64,000 nucleotides of DNA from Batkoa obscura (Eukaryota): the NCBI GenBank assembly GCA_030770535.1, contig JASVEC010000016.1, positions 868,001 to 932,000 on the forward strand, read 5' to 3'. Position 1 is the first letter of the stretch. Every line of letters starts with the position of its first letter. A program made the position numbers and the translations under genes. The notes under the pieces are model-generated. The model was not told the origin of the DNA. It saw only the letters and a program-made list of their open reading frames with translations, and ran no database searches. This document shows, in pieces, positions 33,979 through 49,442 of this stretch.

Positions 33979-35049
33979 ATGGCTAATTTTGTTCCAATGG
34001 GTGCTCCTCCAATGGGTGTTCCTCCAATGGGATCCTCTTCCGTAAGAGGCAACTCAAACGGTGCAAATAATCGATTAAATGTCACAGCAGAGTCTTTTAA
34101 TTTGCCAAAGACGAAAGTAAAGCGGAATTACTTTAGCGGAAAGCAATCCAAAAAGTTGCTAAAAATATTTTCAGTTACCCCTATGCCATGTAGGGAACTT
34201 AGGACCAAAATAGCAAATGAGTTTAATGTACCAGAAAACAGTGTTAAAGTTTGGTTTCAAAACCATCGAGCTAAGCTTCGAAATAAGATGGAGCTTGAGA
34301 ATAATGGCCTTGAAGATAACTCTGAAAATGAAGGAAGCCATAGTGCAAAGGAAAGCCCACAGAATAGTGTGCTGGATGGTACAAACCCTATCTTCAATAC
34401 AAATGATCCAAGTGTATTCAATCTGTTACCCAAAGATGAGAACCCTGGCATCCAGTTACTTCCGAATGCCTTTGTAGACCTCAACGTATTTGAACCTACA
34501 TCCAAAAAGTATAGCCAAATGACACAAGGTCAGAAGTATAGAACAATTGAACCACACCAATCTCATAGTAATAATGGAAATTCACTTGAATATCTTTCAA
34601 TAGATCGTAACGAAATAACCAGGATCCCACTTCCTCAAGGATATAGTAAAAGGATAACGCAAGAACAAAGAGAAATGATAAACACTATACTTGGACTTGA
34701 ACATAATTATAACCCAGCACCACAAACGAATGAGGGATTGGCTAAATCCTTATCCCTCCCCTTCCCTACTACTTCCAGGAATCAAAGTAAAAACGATGAT
34801 ATTGACAATTATATGGATACTAGGGAATGTCAATCTGATTGCCCTCGCCCCCCTAATGGAACCCCTGAAGATGTTTTTATTACAGAAAATATGTTTGATA
34901 GGCAATCTAGGAGGGAAGCTCTAAAATTTAAGCATCTACCCCTAACCCCCCTTCCTTCCCCAGAACCTGAAAATTGCTCACCCGAAACGTTGATCCACTG
35001 TGAACTAGCGCCTTTACTTCTTAAACTGTCAAGAGTAAATAGCGATTGA
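33979..35049 (+). CDS. Homeodomain transcription factor, 356 aa, intronless
   Basis: 'KRNYFSGKQ...F...PMP...R..IA...VKVWFQNHRAKLR' helix-3 signature. Confidence 0.85.
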   Translation: MANFVPMGAPPMGVPPMGSSSVRGNSNGANNRLNVTAESFNLPKTKVKRNYFSGKQSKKLLKIFSVTPMPCRELRTKIANEFNVPENSVKVWFQNHRAKLRNKMELENNGLEDNSENEGSHSAKESPQNSVLDGTNPIFNTNDPSVFNLLPKDENPGIQLLPNAFVDLNVFEPTSKKYSQMTQGQKYRTIEPHQSHSNNGNSLEYLSIDRNEITRIPLPQGYSKRITQEQREMINTILGLEHNYNPAPQTNEGLAKSLSLPFPTTSRNQSKNDDIDNYMDTRECQSDCPRPPNGTPEDVFITENMFDRQSRREALKFKHLPLTPLPSPEPENCSPETLIHCELAPLLLKLSRVNSD

Positions 35050-35306
35050 TTTCAAAACGCTTATCCAAGTTAGTCCAATGGCCTTAACAATAGTTGTAAA
35101 AATTACTTTTGCAAGGATTAATCTATTTGTATTTTTATTCAGTTTGTTTGTTTTAAGTTCTTTTTACAAGTTAAAGCTATAAGCTTTTAAAATAAAATTT
35201 TTAGTTATGTTTAATTCATAAATATTTATTTGCTTAATTTGTTTTATTCAATTGCAAGAATGAATAAGATTTAAGTCAAGAATTAGTTTGATAGAGCTTA
35301 ACCCAG

Positions 35307-35907
<601 letters not shown>

Positions 35908-38577
35908 TGTTTGTAAAAAATATCTAAACTTTATTAAAACAGAAGATTAGTAAATAAATTTAAAATAAACAGTTAAAGCCAATGAAATTGAACAATCAAT
36001 AAGCAGTTAGGTTAAAAATCGCTGCAAATTTCAATCAAAAAGTGGGTTCAAACCTACCTCTTAAAGTTTTAAAACCAAAGTGAAGCTTAGAAAGATAAAA
36101 AAATATGGATTAATTTCAATAGTATAGGTATTTATACCTCAAGTTGAGGATTATCAAAGCTCAGACCATTCACACTTAGCTATTCCATTTTTGCAGGGTA
36201 TACCTAGCTGTTTTACAAGGGGTGATGTAAAACTTTTTAAAATATTAATCATTTTAATCATTTTAAAATATAAATCGATTTATTATATTCAACTTTTATG
36301 AACTCAAAAAAAGTTGGAGAGTTTAGAATACAAAATTTCATCCACTATTGTTCAAGGATTTTAAGATGGAACAACATAGAATTCGATTCAACTTTTGTTA
36401 TAGGGCGTTTCTATGGCCTCTGTTAAAGGATTCGATGTATTTTATTTGACAATATGATATTCCACATACTTCTTTATTATCGATCTTATTTTTTTTATAT
36501 TTGATATTTTATTTTTATTTTACTTTGAATTTTATGTTCACTTTACTTTAGCCATATATGCTTTAATTAAAACTGGATTTAAGAACTGATATCATTAGTC
36601 ACGCACAAATGAGTTAATCAAATCAAAGAGGGGATATTTTTGCTTCTATGTTTTAATTTGTCACTCATTTGAGCAGTAACTAAGCAAAAAGATACCTTTG
36701 AGGAGGGCTTAACGTTGTTTCTCCAAATAAGTTAACTTATTAAGTCACTCTTTGAAGTCAAGAATAATTAGTTAGAGTAATCCGATTATTAGTAACATTT
36801 GTGAATTATTAAGTAAGAACAAAATTAAAATTAAAATCTAAAATTTTAGTTTATTTCAATAACACATAAATTTAGAGTAACTATAGCTTTTAGTTATGAC
36901 ATTAAATTATTCAACAAACACTTTGAAGTATGTTATTTTTTCTAAAATAGAATTAAATTGACTTTCGTTAGTAAAGAGATTAAGTTTATTAAAACATAGC
37001 ATTGCATTATATTATTGTATTATCTTACATGAAACATTGGTAATCTTATTTGTGATTTCTAAATTTTAGAGAACTTAATTTTTAGGAACAAAAATTACTT
37101 TTGAAAATTTAACTTTTAAAAATTACACATTGGATAAACAATCAATCTACATATAAAGCATTTAAACGTTATAATTTATGTTGAAAAATGTGACATCCTA
37201 ACAAACACTTGTAGCCTTTTTGAAAATGTTTTTTGTAATAGAGTGATATACTTTGATTTGCTTTCAAATAATCAAGTCATTTTAATATCAAAAAAACGAG
37301 TATTTTACATCAAGATGCAAATGAATGTTTGAAAATACAAACAATCACTTAAAAGTATATCCAGATTTCAATTAAAGTTTATTATAGAGCTTTAATAACA
37401 TTTAGTGTGAGAAATAATATTATCTATTATTCATGAAGAGTGAATTTGATCATGTTTCTGTGTTTGAGTTTAATCAACAATCTTTATAAGCTTTAGGTCA
37501 CTTAAAAGGTCAACAAATTCTAGTTAAAACAATAATCCTTATCTTCATCTTTAATCGCCCTCTGCTCTTGAACTAAAGAAAAAAGACTACTCATTTTTAG
37601 GCAAATAATCAAGCTTCTAAGAAAGGGTATAATAAAGTTGTTTTATAATATTATCTTTGGGCTAAAACAAATCAAAAACAATTGTCTGTAACAGCAATCC
37701 TGTACTGTCATTTTAGCAGGCTTATCCAAAGAAGGGGATTTCTTTTGAAGCAGCTTTACAAATGTAACTTAAATACCGTATTTTTCTGGCTATAGCCTAC
37801 TCACCCGTATCATCTCCACCAAACTTTTTAGCCCACATTTCGTATAATTCTAATTAAAAATTCTAATTAAATTTATGAATCTTACCAGTCAAAACAAAAT
37901 TAAACTCATCTATCAATACAGATTTTCATTAAAACCAATCTAGTTCTTTTTGGCTGGACTTTCAATCAAAAAGGCGGACTGTGACTGAAAATATGACAAC
38001 TCTAATTGTCTAGATGAAAAATAAAACATCATTTTTTAACATTTAATATATTATTTAAAGGGTACTTAATATATTGAAAATCAACTTTAAAAACGTATTG
38101 AATTTTGATTCTATTAATCTAAAAAAACCAAAATTAGCAAACTATTAATAATTTTTTTAAAGTACTTTATTAGAAGTAATTGTTCAAATATTTTAAATGA
38201 ATTTCTTTAACTTCAAGTTTTTTAGCGACTAATTAAAATACAGAAAAAGTATTAAAATGTAGAGTTTAGAATTTAAAATTAGCACATTTAAATATTAATA
38301 TAATTAACATATATCAATTATCAAATTTACTGAATATAACATCGAAAAATAATGTTCATATTTTAATACAAATCAATTTATACATGCTTTAAAATTTAGG
38401 CGAAATTGAATAATCCCATCTAAATGAACTGATTCTTATTGGCTACTACCATGATCTAACAAAGTCCAATCATTGGCTAGGATTCAAAACGATTTCGAAA
38501 AAAAACAAACTCCAATAAAATGCAACAAACTGGCAAGGGAAAAGTTTAGTTACATTTTTTTATACAAAACTAGAACG

Positions 38578-40319
38578 ATGCTTCGCGGACTATCCAAATT
38601 TTCACGCACTCTTGCTAAACAATCACTTGTTTCAAAATCCTTCAATAATACTCAAGTAAGTATAATAAAATGTTGATCGACTTTTACTCATCTTTATAGT
38701 CCCGTAACCTTTCAATCCATGAATACTTATCGGTCGACTTATTAAAAGATTATGGTATCAAAGTACCAAAGGGTAGCGTTGCTAAAACTCCAAAAGAAGC
38801 TCTCGATGTCGCTAAAGCTTTATGTAATATTTCTAGATTTTAACTATCTAATACTAATAAATAATAGCAACCGATGACGTTGTCATCAAAGCTCAAGTTC
38901 TTGCTGGAGGTCGTGGTAAAGGTACCTTTAAAAATGGACTTAAAGGTGGCGTTAGAGTCGTATACTCGTAATAGCTTTATTCTGATATTTGAAATCTTAT
39001 TAAAATAATTATTAGCCCACAAGAAGCAGAAATGTTTGCTGAAAAAATGTTAGGCAATAAACTTGTTACTAAACAAACCGGAGCTGCTGGAAAACCATGC
39101 AATGCTGTAAGTTTTTTTTAAAAACTATGTCTACAAATTATTAATTGTCTTAGGTTTACATTGTTGAACGTGAATATCTTCGTAGAGAATACTATTTTGC
39201 TATCTTAATGGACCGTAAAACTTCAGGCCCAGTCATTGTTGCTTCTTCTCAAGGTGGTATGGATATTGAAGCCGTTGCAGCTGAAAATCCATCTGCTATC
39301 ATCACTCACCCAGTCAATATTCATGAAGGTAAAAGTTATAAATATATAGTTGATTCATATTAATTTCTTTATTAGGTCTTAAGCATGAAGATGCTGTTAG
39401 TCTTGCCAAAAAAGCTGGATTCTCACCAAACTGCGTTAACGATGTACTTTTATTAATTTATAGTTAAAACCAATATTAATTTAATTTAAGGCTGCCGATA
39501 CTTTTATGAAATTGTATAAATTATTTATTGAAAAAGATGCCACTCTTGTTGAAATTAATCCAATGGCTGAATCATCTAAACATGAAGGTAAGTTGGATTT
39601 ATATTATTATAAATCACTAATAACTTCATTTAGTACTCTGTATGGATGCCAAAATCAACTTTGATGATAATGCTGATTTCCGTCAAAAGGACATTCAATC
39701 TCTTCGTGATACCACTCAAGAAGATTCTCGTGAAGTTGAAGCTGCCAAATATAATCTTAACTATATTGGGCTTGATGGTAACATTGGTTGTTTAGGTAAT
39801 ATTTGATTTATTTTTCATTGTATTTTTATTAAACTGCTTTAGTTAACGGAGCTGGTCTTGCTATGGCCACTATGGATATCATCAAACTCAACGGTGGTGA
39901 TCCAGCTAACTTTTTAGATGTTGGTGGAGGTGCTACTGCTCAACAAGTTACTGAAGCTTTCAAGATTATTTCATCTGATCCTCAAGTAAATTTAAATATA
40001 TTTATATTTATAGTGATATTTAATGTTCATATAGGTTTCTGCTATCCTTGTCAACATTTTCGGTGGTATTATGCGCTGTGATATTATTGCTCAAGGTATC
40101 GTTCAAGCTGTTCAACAACTTAAACTTAATGTTCCATTGGTTGTACGTCTTCAAGGTTCTGAAGTTGAAGCTGGTAAAAAACTAATTGCTGATTCAGGAC
40201 TCCGTATTATTACTTGTGATGATCTTGATGAAGCTGCACAAAAAGCCGTTAAGCTTAGTAACATTGTAGCCATGGCCAATGAAGCTAAAATCAACGTTTC
40301 TTTCGAGCTCCCACTTTAA
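38578..40319 (+). CDS. LSC2: Succinyl-CoA ligase beta subunit, mitochondrial
   Basis: 'LSIHEY', '[12 protein letters not shown]', '[18 protein letters not shown]', 'NFLDVGG', '[10 protein letters not shown]'; presequence; many introns. Confidence 0.97.
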
Positions 40320-40629
40320 ATTCATCTCCCTTTTGTTGGACCTTCCCAAAAAAACTATATCACTAAATTTAAAAAATAACTAAATAAATCTTAATTTGAT
40401 TTATCATGTATTGTAAATTTAAACTGCATATTGTAATTTTTTATCTAATTTATAATGTTATATTAAATTTTATATGGACTTTATACAGCCAAATACCCGA
40501 TTAATATATGAATCATACCAAGTATGTCTAAATATAACAAAAAAGCTATGTTTAATAAAAAAATACAACAAGTATCATTAGGCAATAAATTATTTTTAAT
40601 ACTGAAAATTAAAATACAGGTATAATATA

Positions 40630-41405
40630 TCAACCAAACAAAAACCCAAACGCTTTTCTAATATTTGTAATTAGATCTAACTTAAGCGGGCATGGAAATT
40701 CAATCTCTTTTATAAATTTAGATACATAACCAGTCCAAGATAATAACGGTATCCACGCCCTTGCAATATATTTAATTTGAATATTCTTTTTAGGTTGTCC
40801 ATCAATACCACATTTATTTAAAAATTGTTTAAATGCTTCACTAGATTCTTGAGCCTTATTTTGAGTGTCATAGGTTATTAAAAAAGGCATTTCAAATTTA
40901 TAAAAGCTGCTTCTTTTAGGTATTATTATAGGTGCTTTCAGATGGCCATTACCGACGTGTACATAATCTCCGTTATTTAATTTCATATAGCCCTAAAAAG
41001 AGGTTAATATCTAACTATACATTTATAAAATTAACTTACTTCAACGTCTATTTTATCAACTTTAAGATCAAAAAACAGGGTTGAATTAGCATAAACATAC
41101 ATTGTCAGCGCTAAGTTAACTGTGTGATTTTTTTTACTTAAACCACCCAAAATCTTATGACTTCCAGGTTGATTAACATTATCTATCTCTACACCATAAA
41201 ATCCGACTTTTGGATATCTTGGGAAGAAAAAATAGGTTAAAAGTCCCATTAATAACAGTATTGTACTAATGCTGATACCCCATATTATCTTACTTTTTTT
41301 AGTTCCGCAACACCCCCTTTTATTATGTTTTGCTAATGTTTCTTCTATTAACATAGAATCATGTTCGTTATTCGCTCTCAATGGTTCCGTTTCTGAATTG
41401 TTCAT
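40630..41405 (-). CDS. Single-pass membrane protein with LEA_2-like domain
   Basis: Cys-containing basic juxtamembrane region, TM helix ending 'FFFPRYP', beta-rich domain, conserved-looking 'C' and 'FPCP'; one intron near 40993-41036. Confidence 0.7.
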
Positions 41406-42363
41406 TTTTTAAAAAGATAATAGTTTAATCTAATTGTTAAATAGATTATTTTATAATATATAAAGTTAATTAATTATAATAATTCAATTAATGAATTTTA
41501 ATAACATTCCTATTTTTAGAATTTACCATTTTTAAAAAGGAGAAATTGAATCATAACAAAATTTACTCCGTGATGTGTTTTTCTGCAATTAAATTATAAA
41601 TTTACTGGAGGTTTGAAATATCAGTAGGTAGAAATCAATATTTATAAAAGGGGACTTATATTAGTTTTAATAGTACTAAATTTAAACCCCTTTATTAAAA
41701 GTTAAAACATTATATTCTAGCTAGTACTTTGTTAATTTTACTATATTTATTAATTTTTAGATAGCTTTATTAGAATTGTATAATATAACATTTAAGATCG
41801 ATTTTTTTTTGAAATACTATTTTTACTATAATTTTCCATTTACTGTTTAATCAAAAAGTTTACAACTTGTATTATATAATTATAACCAAACTACTTTTAG
41901 CCTAGATTCTAATTAAGTTAAGATATTTATTTATAAACTAAATCTCATTTTTTTAATACTACTTCTTCCTCTTTAATTATATGCTTAATTTTTGTGTGGG
42001 TATAAAAATACTTTGATGATACTCTTGTAATTTATAGTGTTAAAATTTATAAATAAGGTAGGACAGTCTTTTTAAATATTTGAAAAAACTAAATCCTAAC
42101 CAATTCAATAAATCGAGTAACAAACATATTCATAGTTAAGATAATTTAATGAACTACACTAATATGTTAATTTGTTTTAACTTCAGTTAATACTCCTTCC
42201 ATTTTACTTACAAATCAATTTACTAAAATAAAGCTAATTAGCATTTGAATAAAAAAAACAAGTTATATAGCTTGGTATAGTGTAGACAAAACTATTTCAC
42301 ATACCAATTATAAGAAAGTTAAAAATTTTAATTAAACAATCAAAATCAAGTTGGGAAACAAAA

Positions 42364-45300
42364 CTAAAAAAATGAATCTTTAAGCTGGATGGTGGGTGCT
42401 GAAGGCGCTCTAAATTCATCTTCATCCGAGTTAAACCCGTCATCAAAGTCTCCAAACTCATCATTTTCATCCTCAAAATAATCGTCTTCATCTTCATAAT
42501 TGTCTTCAAAATCTCCAAACTCTTGTTCAGCTGTTTGGTTACTGGGACTAGGTTCGATAAGCACATCGCTTCTTAAAGCTGCTTCTAATTTTGATCGAAG
42601 GTCAGGTGAAAGTGAAGCTACTGTGTTTTTAAATTCTTCTGGGTACTTAGAAGCAAAAGAAGATAGATATTTACATACTGTTGGGATGCATTCTTTATAA
42701 CTAGTACTTTTTACCATGATTGAAATTATCAATTTAGCAATTGACGAACCTAACATAATTAGCAAACAAACAATAAATTTAAAATTTAACTTACGTTCAA
42801 ATTCATCCACTTTAGAATAAAGCTCTATAAATATATTAGATAAACCTTCTATAATACTTGACCGCTTCTCAATATTTTCTAATAAAGTTTGATCTAGCTC
42901 TTTTATATAAAAAGTAAATGTCCTTTGTAGACAGTACTTAGATAAGTCTGAAACTTTGGAATCTTCTGCTTCTAAGTTTTCAATTAATACATGCGTAACT
43001 TTAACTCCACATTCTTTAATCTTTAAAAACAATATTAATTAGTTAATAAATGTATATCATAATATTACCTCATAATTAGTATTGATAAAAGTATGGCTTA
43101 TTAAATAAGTTAAGATTTGGGTCGATCTATGATTTATAAAATTAGGTAAACTCATAATTAAGGAAGTGTAACCATATAAACAATTATAGATAATATCACA
43201 TTCTACATTCTCGTTTTGAGCCCTTATAAAATGTTTAGTATAACAACAATAAATTATAGAATGAAAATACCTGTTCTTTATATAACCTTGAGTTAATGAG
43301 TCTAAAATGGAGTTGATAGCATCCTCAGATTCAATTTTGGTAACCAAACCTTTTAAAAGTGAAATAATTCTATCGTTTATAGGTCTAAAGTAAGGTTCCA
43401 TCAAAGTATCTAAATATGATATAAATAGTCAAATAATATAACCAAAACTTGACTTACGTTTAATAAGATTGGCAGCTATTATACACAAATTTGATTTCAC
43501 ACCTTTAGGACTTTTTAAAGCAAGATCATAGATCCCTGAATTTATTTCAAGGACTACTTCTAAATCAAGCTTTTCTGAGGAGTGGGATCTTGCTAATAAA
43601 ATTTATTAACTCATATTTCCTATGCTTATCTTGTTTTACCTGTCGTTGTCACATTCTTTAAAACATTGGGCAAAAACCCTAAAAGTAGTCCAGAATAGAA
43701 TTTCAATATTTTGAAGCCAATAGTTGAAGTTATTTTAACGTTGTTATCTGCTTCTTCTTCTAAGTTGTCGTCAAAAAAATAGTCACTATTACAATTTAAT
43801 ACTAGGCTTCTAAGTGTTTCTACAAGCTCTAATACAATCTTAAGATTATGCGTGTATTTGAATCTTTCAAACACTCCCAACATTTCCGAAAATACCTCCT
43901 TATCTAAAATTTCTAACCCAGTAATTTCGGGTATAAATAAAGCACGGATAGACGAAAGGCAAACTTTAGTTATGTGATGAGACATAGGATTGCTGGTTAA
44001 CAAATGTGATGATAAGGTTTCCATGCAAAGCCCATAAACTACCCAAAAATTACTGGAAGGCGAAACATTAGGCTCTGGGTAATCAGGCGCGAATAGTTTA
44101 ATGAAGTGAAGATTATGGTTCTTTAAATAGTGCGTTATAGCCTGTAAAAATGACCCCCAATAGTCACGGTATAGTGGTTTAAGCCAAGACCGAGAAGATG
44201 AATTGTTAATAAAATCCAATCCAGAAGTTATTCTTAAAGTGTCTTTTTTACCTCCTTTATCTGTCATAGAAAGGAGTTTTGGGTCTAATTTAAGATAAGC
44301 GTAATCAGATAATGCTTTTATCCAAAGCTTAGAAAGAACTCCTAAATTGGAATCAAGAGTTTCCTTTAATTCATCATTATTCAAGTTAGATAGCCCAATC
44401 ATACTCCATCCTTTTAACACTGCTAAATTAACAGTGATGCTCTCATAGGAACTAAAGTTAGCATCTCCAAAATCATCTAAGCTATCTTTGACTTTTAAAC
44501 ATTGGTTCAGAGCCTTTTCCATTAATTTGAAAATACGGCTCAATGTTTTAGCGTTCCCGGTACAGGATGTTAAGAAAACAGCACACACTTCAATAGCTGA
44601 AGCCGTAACTTTTGGTGAGGATTCTTCATTAAAAGCAGGAGCAAGCGCAGCAGCAATTTGGGCTTGATATTGTTCTAATAATAAACTCCCAGGCACATGG
44701 GGGTCTTGTGTATTTTTGAATTGTTCTAACAAATCTTGTAATATTCCGTAACCTTCTAAACTGATTTTTTCGATTGGGGTAGTTGCTGCTGCAAAAGCTA
44801 GTTTTACTAAATCACCAAATCGAGATATTAAATGTGGATGGGGATCATGGGACGTTGAAGATTTCTGTACCATCTCGAATGTTCTTCTAAGAATTTGTAG
44901 TGCTACAAGTTGTGTCCTCCATCTAGAAGTACCTTGATGTCCAGATGATTTAGTAGAGTGGTTTGCTTTTGTGTCAATAGATTGCCCAGGGTTAAGTGAT
45001 CCATCTTCATCTTCCAAATCTCCCCCTTCTTGAGTGCCACGATTAAACGAACCAACGTTTTCAATATTATGTTTTGTTAGAATTAATCGAATTACATCAA
45101 TCCATTTAGGTAAATCATCTACTGAAGAATGAGAAAGAAGCATGTTTAGTACTACGACAATCTCTCCAAGTTCGCTTTCACTATCAAGTAATTGAAAAAG
45201 CTGTTCATAAAGGTTTGGTCCAGCGTATTTTAGAACATCCTGTAAACTTTTCTGGACAAGCTGATATAAACAATTAGCAGCCACTCTTTTGAGTTGTGGG

Positions 45301-48300
45301 TCGACGGATTGCAGCTTAGAGCACAAGAAATTTACCAAAAATTCCAAATCAATATGAGAATAGTCAAACATAATTACCAAATGAACACATTGAAGGTATT
45401 CAATCACAACCATTTCTTCAGGATCATGCTTCAATTGCTCCATAATACCATAGCAAAGGAATCGTGATGCACGGTTGGTTGCTATTTCTGGTCCCAAAAC
45501 GCCAATAATGCCATTTAATACCTTACCACAATTTTGTCGTACTAAAAAGTGATCAACTGACAAAGACTTTGAGTAGGCGGTTCCACCTGGTTGATGATTT
45601 TCTGACAAAAATAATCTAAAAACTATATAAAGCGTATCAACAATGTAAGGGGAAAATGAATGTCCGACTGAATTTATAGTCGTTGCTAAGGCTTCTAGAG
45701 CGTGAGTATGTACCAGAGGGTGCATGTCATTACACAATGTTCTCATGACTTGAATAACAGAGCCCATATGCGTATTGCCAGTTGCAGATCCGACAAATTT
45801 ATGGATATTAGAAAGCCCTAATAATGCTCCAGCTCTAACATCTGGATCCGCGAAGTTAATGATATTGTCAACAAGCTGTTTAATGTGCCTTGAAACGACT
45901 CCAGAATTCGAGTTTTTACAAAGGAATCCAAGCAATTCAGCGGCAAGTTTACGAATTTGGTCGTCAGAACATCCCAACCCAATCTTTATAATCTCTTCAA
46001 TTTGTGAAATTGTTTTATCTCCTAATTGGTTAAGTTTTTTTCCAGCTTTCTTTTCAGGGCGATAAATGATTTTAAGCGCCCCTAAAGTAGCAAATAAACA
46101 ATGAGAAATGGAATAGAGGCCCCATAAATCCGCTTTGTCTTTGATAGAGTGAACCATTTTTTCAAGTATCGAAGTTTGAGCTCTGGGTAAAAGATGAGGG
46201 AAAATAATAGCAAACAAATCCACTGCAGCATCATGTGTACTAATAACAGTGGATGTCATTGTATGAAAATAATTTGGTCTCTTACTTGTATATTTATGAC
46301 TTAAATATAACGAAATGGGATCAAATTCTCTAGCCCCAAATCTTGGGTATAAGAGCTGACGATCTATGTCAAATTGATCAATATGTGCAAGTGCTTCAAA
46401 AAGATGGTTATTATCATCTTGAAAAGCTTCTCTATCTGCTTTCCATCTATCTATAGCAATGTTTCTTCTGTGGAAGTGGCTTGTCATTGCATACCCAGAT
46501 CCTGCCCATCCAGTCCAATCTGCAACAACATCTTCATCGGTCCAAGCTGAAGTAGCATTTAACGTCTTTGAAGTGACAGTCAAAAGCTCTACGATGTTTT
46601 TAGAAAGCGAAGTAAAGTTAGCTTCATAAGTTGATGGTGATAGTAATGAATAGCTTTGAAGTGCTCTTTTCCTGATCATGTTTACACTTTCACTTATCTT
46701 TCTTATATTAGTAATGTATTCGTCTTTATCTTTTTCGCTAAGCTCTGAGATAAAATTGGCTGCGTCTTTGTAGAAAAGCAACGCATTGCTCAAAAGTGGT
46801 AAGAATCGTTGGGCGATATCGTCTTGAGCTAACTCGTCGCCATTATATACCATAAATAGATATAAAGCTTGCAACGCGTGCTCTCTCGAATGGGTTACTG
46901 ATAATGTAAGCATTTGAGCTGATGGATCAAAAAATGAAAGTTTTATTGAAGATTTGGCTAAATACGCTTTAAAAAGCAAAATTATCTGAGGAAGTATAAG
47001 ACGTACATAGTTTGGTCCAAGGCACATTAAAGATCCGATCAAAATCCAGCCTACTTGGATTTTTGAATTTTGAGATTGAAAAATATTTGGATCAGCAACT
47101 GTAAAGCTCATAGTTCCTTCCGATTTTAATAATTGCGAGGCAATACTAAAAATGGATGCATTTAATTTATTCATTACAGATTGAGGTGCTGATGCTGATA
47201 CACTGATTAAGGATCCTAATGCATAACCATAACCCATAGCTTTTTTGACTGTACTTTTTTTGAGTGGCATAACTTCAATAAAACTATTTTTTAAATAAGT
47301 TAAAAATCGAAATACCAACTTTGGCAAAAATGAAGGCAAAGCTATACATATATTTCTTAAACACCAAGCAGAACTTATTTGGATAGAGTATCCTTGGGTT
47401 TCAAGTAATAAAATCAAAAGTTCAATTGCATTATCCTGAAAAAGTCAAAAAACATATTAAATTATGGTTTAAAATTACCTGTATTGCATATGCGGCGTCT
47501 CCTAAATCTTGTATTAAACAACTTAGTTCATCAATCATTGTAATAACAGCTGATTTTCCTGCTGCTTGAGACTTTAATTCAGGACTCTCCATCAATTTTA
47601 TCCACTCAGTCAAAAGTTCAATAATTGACTTTGCTGCATGAACTTGTCCTTGTTCACTTAAAATCTTTTGTCCTATTTCTCTAAGAAGTGTATTTGATCT
47701 CTGTCTCACAACAAGTGCATCAAAAGGAGATTCTGGGGCATAGCTCGGCCCTGGATTTAAATCGAGTACGATATGTCTCAATATATCAACATAATTTCCT
47801 TCAACGAAGCTTGTTCCAAGCTTAGTAAAAAGGGTTATGTAACAGCTAAATATACCTGCTCTTATATCTTCAACTGTATTTGATTTACAATGAAGTATAG
47901 ATAAAGAGCTCAACATTCTTGAAATGGTAGGAATTGAGTTTATGTCATCTTTATCTCCATCACTATTCTTTCCTCGAGCTCCTCCTGTAGTAACTGCTAG
48001 CTTTTTTTTGGGCTTCTCTATTAAAATTTTTCGATTACTAGCTTGGGACCCAGCAACCATGGTTGAAATTAAAGAGGCCATGGCTCTCCTTATAGAAAAA
48101 TTGGCTCCCTCAAAGTACTTAATAAGTAATGGAAGCTCTTCATTGAGGTAAAGTATTGGAACATTTTTACAATAAAGGATTGTTGCTTCAAGGCACTAAA
48201 TTGAAAATCAAATATTTGCTTAAAAATTAAAAATAGTAAAGTACCTCTGCCCCAATTATTATGAAAGAAGCAGATTTAATAGACAGAAGTGACTTACAAA

Positions 48301-49062
48301 CTTTTATTATCTCTTTAACTGCATTCTCATCCATAGAAGAATTCGAGCTTTTTATAATTGAAGTTAAAAGTAAAGTTGCAGCATATCTTGTAGTTGTTGT
48401 CTAAAAAGATTAAAATAAGCAAGTACATCTCTAATAAAAAATACCTCACTGCTATTTCTTATTAACTTTAAACATAAAGACCAAAGGGTTTGCATATAAT
48501 TATATAACTTTTAAAGTAAATAGGTAATAAATTATGTTTGTTTATGAGGTTTACCTTATTTCCTTGAACATCAACTACAGCTCGAATACAATCTAATAGT
48601 GCGCTTAAGTTTTTAAATATAAATTTAGATCATCTAATCAACTTAAGAAATAAAATCTTACGTTTTTTTCTGTTGAGAGACTGCTTCTTTTGCTTGCATC
48701 CAATCTAGTAGCTTATCAACAAATTTATGGATGGAATTCAAACTAGCGATCCCATATAAAAGTCTAATACACCGGCAAACAGCATTAAGGGTTAATGGTG
48801 TTGGGTTCCATGTTGGTAATGATAGTAATAAAAGGAGTTGTGCCTCCGGGCCTAAAGTGTTCTGTTTGTTTGGGCTCTTTTTCTAAATTGATGATTAGTG
48901 TTACTATGAATGACACCAATACTATACTACTTTAATTAAATTTTTCAATCCATGTTCAAATGTTAAAAGAATTTTGAGGTACTTTGCTTCTTTTTCTTCT
49001 TGAGATACAGAATCATTGGTATCAATGCTACTAAAGTCAATTTCAAGATCCGGATCTTCCAT
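42364..49062 (-). CDS. LAA1: Large HEAT-repeat AP-1 accessory protein (HEATR5/Laa1)
   Basis: 'SRWRTQLVA', 'DLVKLAFAAAT', 'DPHVPGSLLLEQYQAQIAAALAPAF', C-terminal 'APTIQLK'; ATG 49062. Confidence 0.92.
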
Positions 49063-49442
49063 CTTTATTTGCAGTTTATTATTAAGTGTAAGAGCACTTC
49101 CTTTTCTTGTAATTTAAAAGTGGCTCAAAAATTGAGAATTCTTAACTAAAGTTGATTGGCTAGATTTTCTAAAGGGCTTTTTGCTATTAATTTATTAAAC
49201 CTAATAGCTTATCAAGCTAAAACAAATTGTTTTAATAAGGTATTATGATAATATTACTATAAGCATATAGTTTTTCAGTTTTCTTTTATTGATCATGTTT
49301 GAAACTAAAATGCTCTAATTATATATATGAAAATATGCTTTGAATATTAATATTAATACGATATTAAATTTAAAAATATTAGTTAATTTTTTATTAGTGG
49401 TAAAAAATAGTTAAATCATAAACAATAGTAAAAATTTATCTT

